Virus record (IMG/VR): IMGVR_UViG_3300023184_000124
Span: 1 to 62,475 of that record
From: a virus
Lineage: Duplodnaviria; Caudoviricetes
Length of the DNA stretch: 62,475 bases
Strand: one strand, 5' to 3'
Position 1 is the stretch's first letter, and the number at the start of each line of letters is the position of its first letter. The notes beneath the pieces are model-generated. The model had not been told where the DNA came from. It made no database searches and was given only the letters and a program-made list of their open reading frames with translations. Positions 8,671 through 17,879 of the stretch are shown piece by piece. The translations under genes and the position numbers were made by a program.

Positions 8671-9951
8671 TTACCAAGATGTGGTAACTATTTTTTTCCA
8701 TATATCATTACCAACATATGCTGTTGCAGTAGTAGCAGTTGAATTGGAACTTAAAGTAACTACAGTATCAGCAACTCCATTGGTTCTAGATTGACTAACT
8801 GTAATATTTGGACTAGATATTGCTTTAATATAATATACTGTATTAGCATATATTCCACCTATGTTGGCAGTGAAAATAATCGGAGCATTAACTGTTAAAT
8901 TAGTTATATTATTTAACGTAACAGCATTAGTGGTTACTGTAGTATTGCTAACATTTTTTAAATAACTAGTAGAATTATATGTGTCAGTACATATATAAAC
9001 ATAATTTACCGGATTCCCGTACATTGTACTAGTTAATGACGAATTACCTGCTAAATTAACATTAGCGCCGCCTAACGTAGAAGAAACTGAAAATGTAGTA
9101 GCAGAAACGACATTTCTAACATAATATGTTGTTCCAACTGCAATACTTGCTTCACAGCTGGTGCCGGAAAAAGTAATAGGCATATCAGTATATAATTGTG
9201 TCGTATTTCCTGTAGTAGTAAAATAATCTGCGGCGTTGGAAATAGTTATGGGTAGTTGATCTAAAGACTGACTTGCTACTACAGTACCGGGTACATCTCC
9301 TCGAAATCCAGTTGGGGGAACAAGACGATTATTTTGAATTTGAGTATCTATTCTTGGTCTGTTATAGGGTTCTACCAATAAACTATTTCCACAATCAACG
9401 GTACTTATTCTATAATCAATTTGACTAATATTATACGGAATAGAAACAGTAGCCACACCTGCAATATTTGAAAAATTTTCTAAAGTTGTTACGCCGGTGT
9501 TTTCATTTATTACCATTTCACTAGGGAAAGATATAAATGAATTAGCATTACTTATTGCCAATTGCAGTTGAACATTACTTTGCGTTCCAGTTGGGGCCCA
9601 ATTTCCAAATTGAAATGTTATATTACCTGCAACGGTACCATATTGAACATCTCCTAATGATACATCTACTAATACAGTTCCTGACAGACTATTCCCTAAA
9701 TTATAAGTAGTTGCTCTAAAACTTCTAGTTGCAGCATTACTAATAATTGTATTAGCCATATCGTTGTTTAATGAACTCCCACTCAACGCTGATTTAACCA
9801 CTACTTTATTTTGTAAATCTGTAATTTCAGTGGCAGCGGTGTTTAAATTAGTTTTTATAGATGCAAAATTATCTCTAAATCCCTGACTATTGTTATTAAC
9901 GCCAGGTATTGGATAATTGACATCTAATGCATTAGTATTAATTGTACTCAT
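8671..9951 (-). CDS. Virion structural protein (426 aa)
   Basis: N-terminal YPIPGVNNNSQGFRDNFASIK...EITDLQ attachment-like motif and two 'PITF.G...YYV....FSVS' beta modules. Late motif CTAAATA at 9970-9976. Confidence 0.75.
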   Translation of the reverse strand: MSTINTNALDVNYPIPGVNNNSQGFRDNFASIKTNLNTAATEITDLQNKVVVKSALSGSSLNNDMANTIISNAATRSFRATTYNLGNSLSGTVLVDVSLGDVQYGTVAGNITFQFGNWAPTGTQSNVQLQLAISNANSFISFPSEMVINENTGVTTLENFSNIAGVATVSIPYNISQIDYRISTVDCGNSLLVEPYNRPRIDTQIQNNRLVPPTGFRGDVPGTVVASQSLDQLPITISNAADYFTTTGNTTQLYTDMPITFSGTSCEASIAVGTTYYVRNVVSATTFSVSSTLGGANVNLAGNSSLTSTMYGNPVNYVYICTDTYNSTSYLKNVSNTTVTTNAVTLNNITNLTVNAPIIFTANIGGIYANTVYYIKAISSPNITVSQSRTNGVADTVVTLSSNSTATTATAYVGNDIWKKIVTTSW

Positions 9952-9972
9952 ATTCTATATTCCATGAAGTAT

Positions 9973-12633
9973 TTAGTATTGAGATTCATTTGGTAAAATA
10001 GTTTTATGTGGAAATAATACATGAAAATTTTTACTATTTAATGGATCTGGTACCGGGGTAGCACTTGGCAATCCTGTCCAAGTAGGAGGATTAGTAGTTT
10101 TATCATAGTTATATGTGGTGCTTTTATCCACAGTAAATCTATCAATATTAAAATTAATTTGATTTAATTTATATGCCCAATTGTCATTTATATTATTTTT
10201 AATAGTAATTGCTTTACCTGGTTTGGTATAACAAATAACCCACGCTTGTGTATATCCTAATGTATTACCATTCGCTTGCTGACTGGTCATCCATAGAGGT
10301 AATAAAGAAGAATCATATTGTTGACCCAAAACTGCTGACACTCTGTTACGCATATTAATTAAACTATTTGGATATAACACTCTAGCCGAACCCGGAGTTA
10401 AACTAGTATAATATTCTTGACCAAATATATTTACATAACTAGTATATATATCATCTACACTAGTATACCAAGAACCCTGAAATAGATTAATAGGAGTTGG
10501 CCAATATATTTCACTGCTAACACTTACCCCGCTAGGATTTATTAAATTATCAATGATTTCACTATATACAACCTCATATATAATAGTACCAGCACTATTT
10601 TTAGCAACAGCAGTTTTTAATTCACCCAATGTTACATTTCTCCAATAATGATTTTGTGTAACTGCGGCAATATATTCATCTAAATCGCTAGAAAATACAC
10701 CATATAAATGCTCATATACAACACTAGTTGCTTTACCAAAATATATATCAGTTGCTCTATATAAATCTATAGTAGGAATCAAGGTAGTATTAGTTAACAA
10801 TGAATTTATTATATTTCTATCTGTAATACTAGGTGTAGCGTTAATATATAATATATCTGTTGGTTGATTATATTGTTGTAAAACAGATATAGTAAATGTT
10901 TTATTTGAATTTAATAATGGATGATCAGGAGAGTATGCTCGTATAGTAACAGTAAAATCAGTAGTTTCGTTTAGTATTAAAAATTGATTAGTAGGTTGAT
11001 CCGCAACATATCCGGTTATTTCTCCATTATATAATAATTCTAAATTAGGAGGAAGTGAACCTGACACAATGTCATAATATAGTTCTACTTGAGCAGTTGC
11101 TAATACATTTAATGTACTAATTGTTCCGTTATAAATTGTTCCCATATTAGCTGGAGTAATCCAAGTAACAATACCATCAAGCCCATTACTTATTTTATAT
11201 GAAAACTCAACATATTCACTTATAAACGATCCTTTTAATACAGCAACTGAAAAATTATATTGGTTAATTCCAGTTGACCCTAAAATTGGAGTACCAGTTA
11301 TCCAACCAGTTGTTGTATTCCCTATCATTCCACTTGGTAATCCTGAATAAGAATATGAAATTACAGAATTATCAAAGTCTTTTCCTATTATCTTAAATGC
11401 AAAATAATTATCACTTTGAGTAGTGCCAATAAAAGTTGAAGTAGCAGACGGGGTAGTTAATGTTCCACTTTCTTTGGGCGGTGTAAAATAATATCCATAA
11501 TATTCATTAGTTGGTAAAATATTAAATGTAGTGGGTCTTGTATTTAAAATAACCGGACTTCTTGAATTTGGTATTTTGCCCGGACCCCCTTGGCTTACTG
11601 GAGTATTTTGATTAATAACGGTAAGTTGATATTCAGCCACAGCAGTGCCTAATGCACTTTCTAATTTTAATGTAAAAGATGATGTTCTTATTGTTGGCTG
11701 ACCTACACTAGTAGCCGGTAAAGTAACTGTCATATACCCAGCAGCGTCTGTAACTAAGTAAGTTGGACCGTTTTGGATAGTAGACACCGTAAATTCAGTA
11801 CTATTAATTATACTTTTAACATAATATGTAGTAGTATTTAGTGAAGTAGCAGTTCCGGTACCGGACCCAACTCCTGTTGCAGTAAATAGTACGCCTATTG
11901 AATTAGCAGGTGCACCGATTAAAGTAAAGTCAGTTGGGGTATTACCAATCGTTGTAATTTCATAACTATTTCCTATTATAAAATAACCTGCAGATACTAC
12001 AGCTGTGGATGATATTGTCCCGAACGTAGTGCCTGAAAAAAGTACAATTCTACCCAAAGCAAATCCAGTTGTACTTAAACAAGTTATAATATTTGTTGAT
12101 GCAGTTGTGAGAGAAGCACTTGTTACTATTAACGGAAATGTTATATTAAGTATTGGTGGGTTTGGATATCCTCTAATAATACCTGATTCATTTATTTCTA
12201 GCCCAGACGGCAATAAGCCTTCTTTTAGGGATATAATTACAGTATTGTTAACATCAGGATTAGAATATTGAATTGGAATTTCAACCCAAATACTATCTTG
12301 TACACTTAATAAAGATCCAGTGGGAGTAGTAAACTTTGGAATTGCAGCGCCTAATACAACCATAGAAAATGTTCTATCTCTTAAATTATTTAAATTATCA
12401 GTAACACGTACAGTAAAAGTGCTAGTTGTTGCTAATGTAACTAAAGTGGGAGTGCCGGTTATTAATCCATCTTGATCTAATGATAAGCCTGGCGGTAGTA
12501 CTCCGCATAATAATGCATATGATATTGATGATGCAGGTGACTGTGCAGATGCTGATAATTGAAAAGTAGCCGGTAACAATGATGGAAATGTTCCCAGAGA
12601 TCCGGCGGGGGTGTTCCAAATAGGCTGTGCCAT
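9973..12633 (-). CDS. Virion protein with putative Ig (He_PIG-like) repeats (886 aa)
   Basis: Repeated W.TPAG.LG...G.LP.GL.L...G.ITG.P motifs. Confidence 0.8.
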   Translation of the reverse strand: MAQPIWNTPAGSLGTFPSLLPATFQLSASAQSPASSISYALLCGVLPPGLSLDQDGLITGTPTLVTLATTSTFTVRVTDNLNNLRDRTFSMVVLGAAIPKFTTPTGSLLSVQDSIWVEIPIQYSNPDVNNTVIISLKEGLLPSGLEINESGIIRGYPNPPILNITFPLIVTSASLTTASTNIITCLSTTGFALGRIVLFSGTTFGTISSTAVVSAGYFIIGNSYEITTIGNTPTDFTLIGAPANSIGVLFTATGVGSGTGTATSLNTTTYYVKSIINSTEFTVSTIQNGPTYLVTDAAGYMTVTLPATSVGQPTIRTSSFTLKLESALGTAVAEYQLTVINQNTPVSQGGPGKIPNSRSPVILNTRPTTFNILPTNEYYGYYFTPPKESGTLTTPSATSTFIGTTQSDNYFAFKIIGKDFDNSVISYSYSGLPSGMIGNTTTGWITGTPILGSTGINQYNFSVAVLKGSFISEYVEFSYKISNGLDGIVTWITPANMGTIYNGTISTLNVLATAQVELYYDIVSGSLPPNLELLYNGEITGYVADQPTNQFLILNETTDFTVTIRAYSPDHPLLNSNKTFTISVLQQYNQPTDILYINATPSITDRNIINSLLTNTTLIPTIDLYRATDIYFGKATSVVYEHLYGVFSSDLDEYIAAVTQNHYWRNVTLGELKTAVAKNSAGTIIYEVVYSEIIDNLINPSGVSVSSEIYWPTPINLFQGSWYTSVDDIYTSYVNIFGQEYYTSLTPGSARVLYPNSLINMRNRVSAVLGQQYDSSLLPLWMTSQQANGNTLGYTQAWVICYTKPGKAITIKNNINDNWAYKLNQINFNIDRFTVDKSTTYNYDKTTNPPTWTGLPSATPVPDPLNSKNFHVLFPHKTILPNESQY

Positions 12634-12634
12634 A

Positions 12635-13255
12635 TTATCTTTGCAGCATATCCAATGCTATCTCATAATGATGTTTTCTATCTTCCAATCCAATGGTCCC
12701 ACCATTAATTCTTTTTGTCAGTGTTACAAAATCACCACTGTCACAATATTGATTTAATTTATTATTATCCCAAAACCAGCCAGCACTTGCCACGGCACCG
12801 TTTGGAGTTTCTAAATATGCAACAGTATCTTCAATTGATAAATCTAATGCTAGGGCAAATTTAGTATAATTATCTCTACCGGTTAATTGAATTAATCCCC
12901 TACCACAAAATCGATATCCGTCACCACTGGCTTCATCTCCGTTTTTCATCCTATTAGCATATACACGATTGGCAATCATTTCGGGTTTGCGTTCATATCT
13001 TTTTGCAGTTGCTTCATCATAAAAGTATTTCTTAAAGGTAGTCATTAATCCTTTGGCACTGTAATTTAAATTTTCTTTTACAAAATTAAATCCTCCGGAC
13101 TCATGTGCGATTTGTGCTAAAAACCCTGCTATTCTATTTGTATTAACAAACATGTCATAGTATTCACCTACAGTATTCAACGGTTCAATATATGTAGTTA
13201 GAATACTATCTTTTGTTTTAGGACAAAGGGTGTGTAATAATTCTATTGTAATCAT
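12635..13255 (-). CDS. Glycoside hydrolase family 19 endolysin/muramidase
   Basis: FLAQIAHESGGF, GRGLIQLTGRDNY and TKRINGGTIGLEDR. Confidence 0.93.
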   Translation of the reverse strand: MITIELLHTLCPKTKDSILTTYIEPLNTVGEYYDMFVNTNRIAGFLAQIAHESGGFNFVKENLNYSAKGLMTTFKKYFYDEATAKRYERKPEMIANRVYANRMKNGDEASGDGYRFCGRGLIQLTGRDNYTKFALALDLSIEDTVAYLETPNGAVASAGWFWDNNKLNQYCDSGDFVTLTKRINGGTIGLEDRKHHYEIALDMLQR

Positions 13256-13256
13256 A

Positions 13257-13529
13257 TTAATATCCGCCGGTTAATGTGGCTCTTTTCCATGTATTAGTTG
13301 CAGTACAAACATATATATAATTAGCATCCCAGCATATTTGTCCAATTGTGCCTGTAGCACTAGATGCTTTAGTAGTTAGTGGGGACTGTAATATATTAGC
13401 AAGTACAGTGTTTGCAGTTACATAATCGTTATCAACATTAGTTAATATTGTACCTGATGAATTTACAACCAACGTTGGTGGAATCCCTACAGAGTAACCG
13501 GTTATACTGTTGAATAATTCTGATGACAT
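13257..13529 (-). CDS. Small virion/fiber-like protein (90 aa)
   Basis: C-terminal G..GQICWDANYIYVCTATNTWKR motif typical of phage fiber ends. CATAAATA at 13551-13558. Confidence 0.7.
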   Translation of the reverse strand: MSSELFNSITGYSVGIPPTLVVNSSGTILTNVDNDYVTANTVLANILQSPLTTKASSATGTIGQICWDANYIYVCTATNTWKRATLTGGY

Positions 13530-13565
13530 AAATATTCCATTGTTATATTGTATTTATGCAATAAC

Positions 13566-13590
13566 AAAAAAGGGTGCCGAAGCACCCTCT
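13566..13590 (-). terminator. Intrinsic terminator with C(UUCG)G tetraloop downstream of the major capsid gene
   Basis: Minus strand reads AGAGGGTGC-TTCG-GCACCCT-TTTTT. UUCG-loop terminators are characteristic of T4-like phages. Confidence 0.92.
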
Positions 13591-13618
13591 TTGTTTGACA
13601 AAACAAACAACCCAAATT

Positions 13619-14815
13619 TTATTGGAATGTTAAATTTGCAACAGCTATCTCACCAACGTAATCCGCAGCATTACCAAAACTGCTTGCAGTATTAGTAAGC
13701 TCGATATATCCGTAACGAGTCATAAATGATACGACTGGTTCGAATGTTGTTGGATCAAGAACAACACCAGAACTCATCAACGGAATGTAAGGGCAATAGA
13801 ATGCCGCTGCATCTGTTTCTGAAGAACCTTTATAACCAACCAATACAGGTTGTGTATCAGGTGCATAAGAGTCAACAAATACACGCATAGCGCCGTTTAA
13901 GGTACCAACGAACTTTGTATTTGTTGGTGCTTCAAAAGTACCTTCTGTAGTACGAGCGAATGCAGAAGTTGTAGCACTTTGTAGAACCGTTAACGCTGCA
14001 CTAGATACAACAGCCCAGTTACCTGCTCCACGACGGGTGCGTTGAGCGATCAAGTTAGCAACACGATTGATAAGAACTGCCAATGCAGCATGTTCATCAC
14101 CAACATATGTAGCAGTACCAGATACGGTTGCCTGATTGAATGTAAACTCAGTAGTTGCTAAGGTACGTAATGACAATAGAATTTCCTGGTCAATTTCAGC
14201 TGTAATTTCTTGTGCCAAAGCAGCCATAATTTCTGCTTCAACGTCAATGCCATGCTGGCTTTGTGCGTCTTGAGCAGCTTCAAATGTCCAACGTGCTTGC
14301 AATTTACGTGATTTCGCTTCAACAGCTTGACGTAGAATTTGCACACTGATTTGTTTACCGCCATTGCCTTCAAGGGCAGCGGTATTATTTGCAGTATAGC
14401 TGCTAGTTGAACCTGTTGCTTGTGGAGTACGTGAATACGCCTGAGCAATCATGAACGGACTTAATGCTTCTTGACCAGCGGTAACACTAGTTGCTGCTGC
14501 ACTGTTGTCTGTTAAAGACTGAGCATAGCGAACACGCAATGTATGAATCTGACCAACTGGACCTGTCATTGGCTGAACGCCTACCAATTCGTTAGCGATA
14601 ACGGTTGGCATGACACGACGGATAACCGGAAGAATCACACGATTTAATGTAGCGATGTTTCCAGCTGTTGTAGTACCGGCTGAAGATTCAGCAAGTAACT
14701 GTCTTTTTGTGTTTTCTAAAATAACACCCATTGTTGAACGACGGTTGCCTCTTAGACCTTCTAACAGGGCGTCCTTGGTTTCGTTCCAACGGCCTTCTAA
14801 TAATACTTTTGACAT
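13619..14815 (-). CDS. gp23: Major capsid protein (T4 gp23 family)
   Basis: GVQPMTGPVGQI, VEAKSRKLQARWTFEAAQD, EIDQEI, FYCPYIPL and MTRYG. Probable protease site LAE|SS. Confidence 0.97.
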   Translation of the reverse strand: MSKVLLEGRWNETKDALLEGLRGNRRSTMGVILENTKRQLLAESSAGTTTAGNIATLNRVILPVIRRVMPTVIANELVGVQPMTGPVGQIHTLRVRYAQSLTDNSAAATSVTAGQEALSPFMIAQAYSRTPQATGSTSSYTANNTAALEGNGGKQISVQILRQAVEAKSRKLQARWTFEAAQDAQSQHGIDVEAEIMAALAQEITAEIDQEILLSLRTLATTEFTFNQATVSGTATYVGDEHAALAVLINRVANLIAQRTRRGAGNWAVVSSAALTVLQSATTSAFARTTEGTFEAPTNTKFVGTLNGAMRVFVDSYAPDTQPVLVGYKGSSETDAAAFYCPYIPLMSSGVVLDPTTFEPVVSFMTRYGYIELTNTASSFGNAADYVGEIAVANLTFQ

Positions 14816-14845
14816 TTTATATATCTCCTAATGTATGTCTTTATT

Positions 14846-15946
14846 TCACAGCCCTGCTAGACGTTTAATGTCTATTACGTTATCACGTTCATAGATATCA
14901 ACTTCTTGTTTAGCAGCTTTATTACCAGTAATTTCTGTAATAATAGATTCATTCAAAGCAGATTTTCCAATCTTTTTCTCATTACCATTATTAAGAACTG
15001 CTGGCAAATACTTATCGAAAGCGACTTTCAACTTGTTAGTTTGTACACTTTCTAGTAAGTCCATCATAACTACAGATTTCTCTTCATTGAGAGTAGACAA
15101 TAAATCGCTCATTGTTTTTTCTCTTAGATTTGATTCTTTAATCATGCGAACTTCACGTTCTTTTCCTTCAACCAGTTTTTTAACTGCGTTGACCGATTTA
15201 ATAGACTCTGCTAGTTGAGTTTCTTTTTCACCTAGTTTAGCCATTAATTTGCGAGTTTCAGCTTTATCATTTAAATGAGTTACTGAAAATTCTCCTGCAA
15301 ATGCTTCAAAAAGCCGACGACCAAAATTGTTTTCTCTAGCAATTTTAATGTCTTCTTTTAATTGATGTAGTTCACCCTTTAGATGAGCAGTTACGATTGC
15401 ATTCAATTTACTAGCAGATTCAGCGACAAAACGTGCTTTCAATGTAGTTAATTGTTTACGACCTTCAGCAACTAATTTAACCTTAGATTCAACAACAGCT
15501 TGTTTATCTTGTGCGAATTCTTTAATTTCGCGGGATAAAGCATGAACAATAAATTGTCCTACTTTTTGTTGATTTTCTTTTTGAATACTACGATCTTTAC
15601 GCAATTCTTTGATTTCTTCGGCTAATTTAACAACCATAAAATCATTGAATTTAGTAGCAGATTCATGTAGTTTCATTTTTGCTTTAATTCGGTCTTCATT
15701 CATTGCCTGACGTTCGCTCTGAAATTCTACAATTTCAGAACTAAGGCCTTCAGTAACCATTTTATCTAGTGCTTCTACCATCACGATTCTATCATGCTCA
15801 TAACGATTTGCAAACTCTTCTCTTAGTTCTGTGCGTACTTGCTCTCGTGCTTCAACCAATTTAGAGTCCCAGGCTTCATTAAGTTCCTGCCCGATTTCTT
15901 CATTAATTAATCCACTTTCAAGTAATGGTTTGATAGCATCAAACAT
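14846..15946 (-). CDS. gp22: Prohead core scaffold protein (gp22-like)
   Basis: Long E/K-rich coiled coil with RRLFEAF, located between the protease and MCP genes as in T4. Confidence 0.85.
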   Translation of the reverse strand: MFDAIKPLLESGLINEEIGQELNEAWDSKLVEAREQVRTELREEFANRYEHDRIVMVEALDKMVTEGLSSEIVEFQSERQAMNEDRIKAKMKLHESATKFNDFMVVKLAEEIKELRKDRSIQKENQQKVGQFIVHALSREIKEFAQDKQAVVESKVKLVAEGRKQLTTLKARFVAESASKLNAIVTAHLKGELHQLKEDIKIARENNFGRRLFEAFAGEFSVTHLNDKAETRKLMAKLGEKETQLAESIKSVNAVKKLVEGKEREVRMIKESNLREKTMSDLLSTLNEEKSVVMMDLLESVQTNKLKVAFDKYLPAVLNNGNEKKIGKSALNESIITEITGNKAAKQEVDIYERDNVIDIKRLAGL

Positions 15947-15948
15947 AC

Positions 15949-16590
15949 TTATTCCCCTTTTTTAATTTTGAGATCATTAATTAGGCGTTTAACTTCCTCT
16001 TTAAGAAATCTCTGTACTTTTTTATCGCCTTTAGCATCTTTTGCAATAGTTAAGAGTTTATGACCATGTTTCATGTTGATCATGCCTTCATAAATAGCCT
16101 TAGGGTATGCATTAGGTGCGCTCGGTTGAGCAACGATATCCACTGTGACTATTTCAAAGTCACTGACACGGCCATCAGAGTCGTTAACGTTTCCGCTACC
16201 TCGACTAGATACGCCTAGTTTAACACCACTTTCCAACATGGTAGTTACTAACTGCCCCATTGGAGTTGGTAATATTTTTAATTTACCAAAACCGTTTGCT
16301 CCGTCCATCCACATAGATGTTATCATATGTGATACTCGGTCTAAGTTAATTTTTAAGTCATCTGGGTGATCTACTTCACCTAATACAGAATAACCTTCAG
16401 TAATTTGTTTATTCAAAGTCTCTACTGCACTATCAATTTCAGAAATAGGGTAAACACGCTCGTTTGCGTTTTTTACCCCACCCTGAATGAAAATACCCTT
16501 CATATAAAGGGACTTTGTATTTCCCTCACCTGAACTTTCGAGAACCATACCGGCTTGACCGAAAGTCAGTTGCTCTTTGAGATAAGCCAT
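15949..16590 (-). CDS. gp21: Prohead protease (gp21)
   Basis: GIFIQ...NANERVYP, GEVDHP, VSH, GVSSRGSG and DIVAQPSAPNA. Confidence 0.96.
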   Translation of the reverse strand: MAYLKEQLTFGQAGMVLESSGEGNTKSLYMKGIFIQGGVKNANERVYPISEIDSAVETLNKQITEGYSVLGEVDHPDDLKINLDRVSHMITSMWMDGANGFGKLKILPTPMGQLVTTMLESGVKLGVSSRGSGNVNDSDGRVSDFEIVTVDIVAQPSAPNAYPKAIYEGMINMKHGHKLLTIAKDAKGDKKVQRFLKEEVKRLINDLKIKKGE

Positions 16591-16604
16591 TACTCTCAGA
16601 TTCC

Positions 16605-17504
16605 TTATCTAGTAGTTTTACGTACTGTTCTTCGTGACTCGGCTAATGGGCTTTTGGTATTAACTCCAGCTGCTTGCGTTGTCGTTGGCTTTGGTGCCGC
16701 TGTTAAATCTTGCTTGGCTTGTGCAGGAACATTTTTGAATGAGCCCGCGCCTTTAACTTGCGTTTCACCTTTACTGCCATAATTGCTTGGCCCTTTTGGA
16801 CTTGTTGGTACTGATTCTGATTTACCACCTAGTGCAAAAGGTTTGCTTGCCATACCATTTTGACCCGAATTAAATCTTACGGTGCTTTTTGTTTGCTGAC
16901 CATCGTCACCACCAATTTTAGAACCATATAGTCCTTTAACAGGTTTCAGCGTGATTGCTTCCATCATTTCATCACCTTCTGGATTATCCATGTCATCACC
17001 GCCCGCAAATGCACCGGCTTCATCATCCATGTCATCTAATGACTCTTCGTCACCTCCGCCACCATTCATAATTTCTTCAAACTCAGCCATTAATCTTTCA
17101 AGATTATCTACTTTATCTTCAATATCTACTACTCGGTCTTCAACGGATCCTTCATCATCCATGTCATCCATACCTTCTTCATCAGAATCAAGATCCATTA
17201 TTTCTGTGTCTTCGTCATCATCCATGTCATCTAGGTCCATTTCATCATCTTCTTCGTTCATGCCTTGTTCTTCCATCTCAATTTCGTCCAGCAATCCAGC
17301 GGCTTCGCCGCTTGCATTTACCGGAGGTGCTGATGAATCAGTTGGCGCAACCATTAGATTTTCTTCTAGTGTGTCTTCGTCCATTAAATGTTCATAAATT
17401 TCGCGGGATTTTTCTACCACGATATCGTGAAATAATGCACGGGCTTGTTCTTCATTCTCGTTAATAATTAAATCAATGAGTTGTTCAAATTTTTTGTTAT
17501 CCAT
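16605..17504 (-). CDS. Highly acidic prohead core protein (gp67-like position)
   Basis: D/E/M-rich N-terminal half and basic C-terminal half, between portal and protease. SD AGGAG and CTAAATA at 17538-17544. Confidence 0.7.
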   Translation of the reverse strand: MDNKKFEQLIDLIINENEEQARALFHDIVVEKSREIYEHLMDEDTLEENLMVAPTDSSAPPVNASGEAAGLLDEIEMEEQGMNEEDDEMDLDDMDDDEDTEIMDLDSDEEGMDDMDDEGSVEDRVVDIEDKVDNLERLMAEFEEIMNGGGGDEESLDDMDDEAGAFAGGDDMDNPEGDEMMEAITLKPVKGLYGSKIGGDDGQQTKSTVRFNSGQNGMASKPFALGGKSESVPTSPKGPSNYGSKGETQVKGAGSFKNVPAQAKQDLTAAPKPTTTQAAGVNTKSPLAESRRTVRKTTR

Positions 17505-17633
17505 TGTTTTTTTCTCCTAAGTAATGGCTTGTAAAATTATTTAGCACATATACAATAAAAGAGCGTAATATGTATGCTTTTTTTACATTTTTGGTAAAAT
17601 CTGATGATTTTACAAAACTTTAATTGCTAAAGT

Positions 17634-17864
17634 TTATACTGTCGGCTGTCCTGCTTTTGCTGCTGCGGCACCATATTGTTCATGAACTTTTTTCATATAC
17701 TCTTGTTTTTCATAATTTCTAACATCTAACATTTTTCTTAATTTTCTAATTTGTTTTAATGTTAATTTAGTTTTACGAGATTCTTTCCACTTTGGTTTAC
17801 TATTGTCATCAGCAATATCTTGGTAACCCTGAATTGGGGCATCAAACATTTCAAAAAGTTTCAT
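17634..17864 (-). CDS. Small basic head-module protein (76 aa)
   Basis: MKLFE N-terminus (candidate protease-site pattern) and RKTKLTLKQIRKLRKM. GATAAATA lies 5 nt upstream. Confidence 0.7.
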   Translation of the reverse strand: MKLFEMFDAPIQGYQDIADDNSKPKWKESRKTKLTLKQIRKLRKMLDVRNYEKQEYMKKVHEQYGAAAAKAGQPTV

Positions 17865-17879
17865 TTAACTATTTATCAA

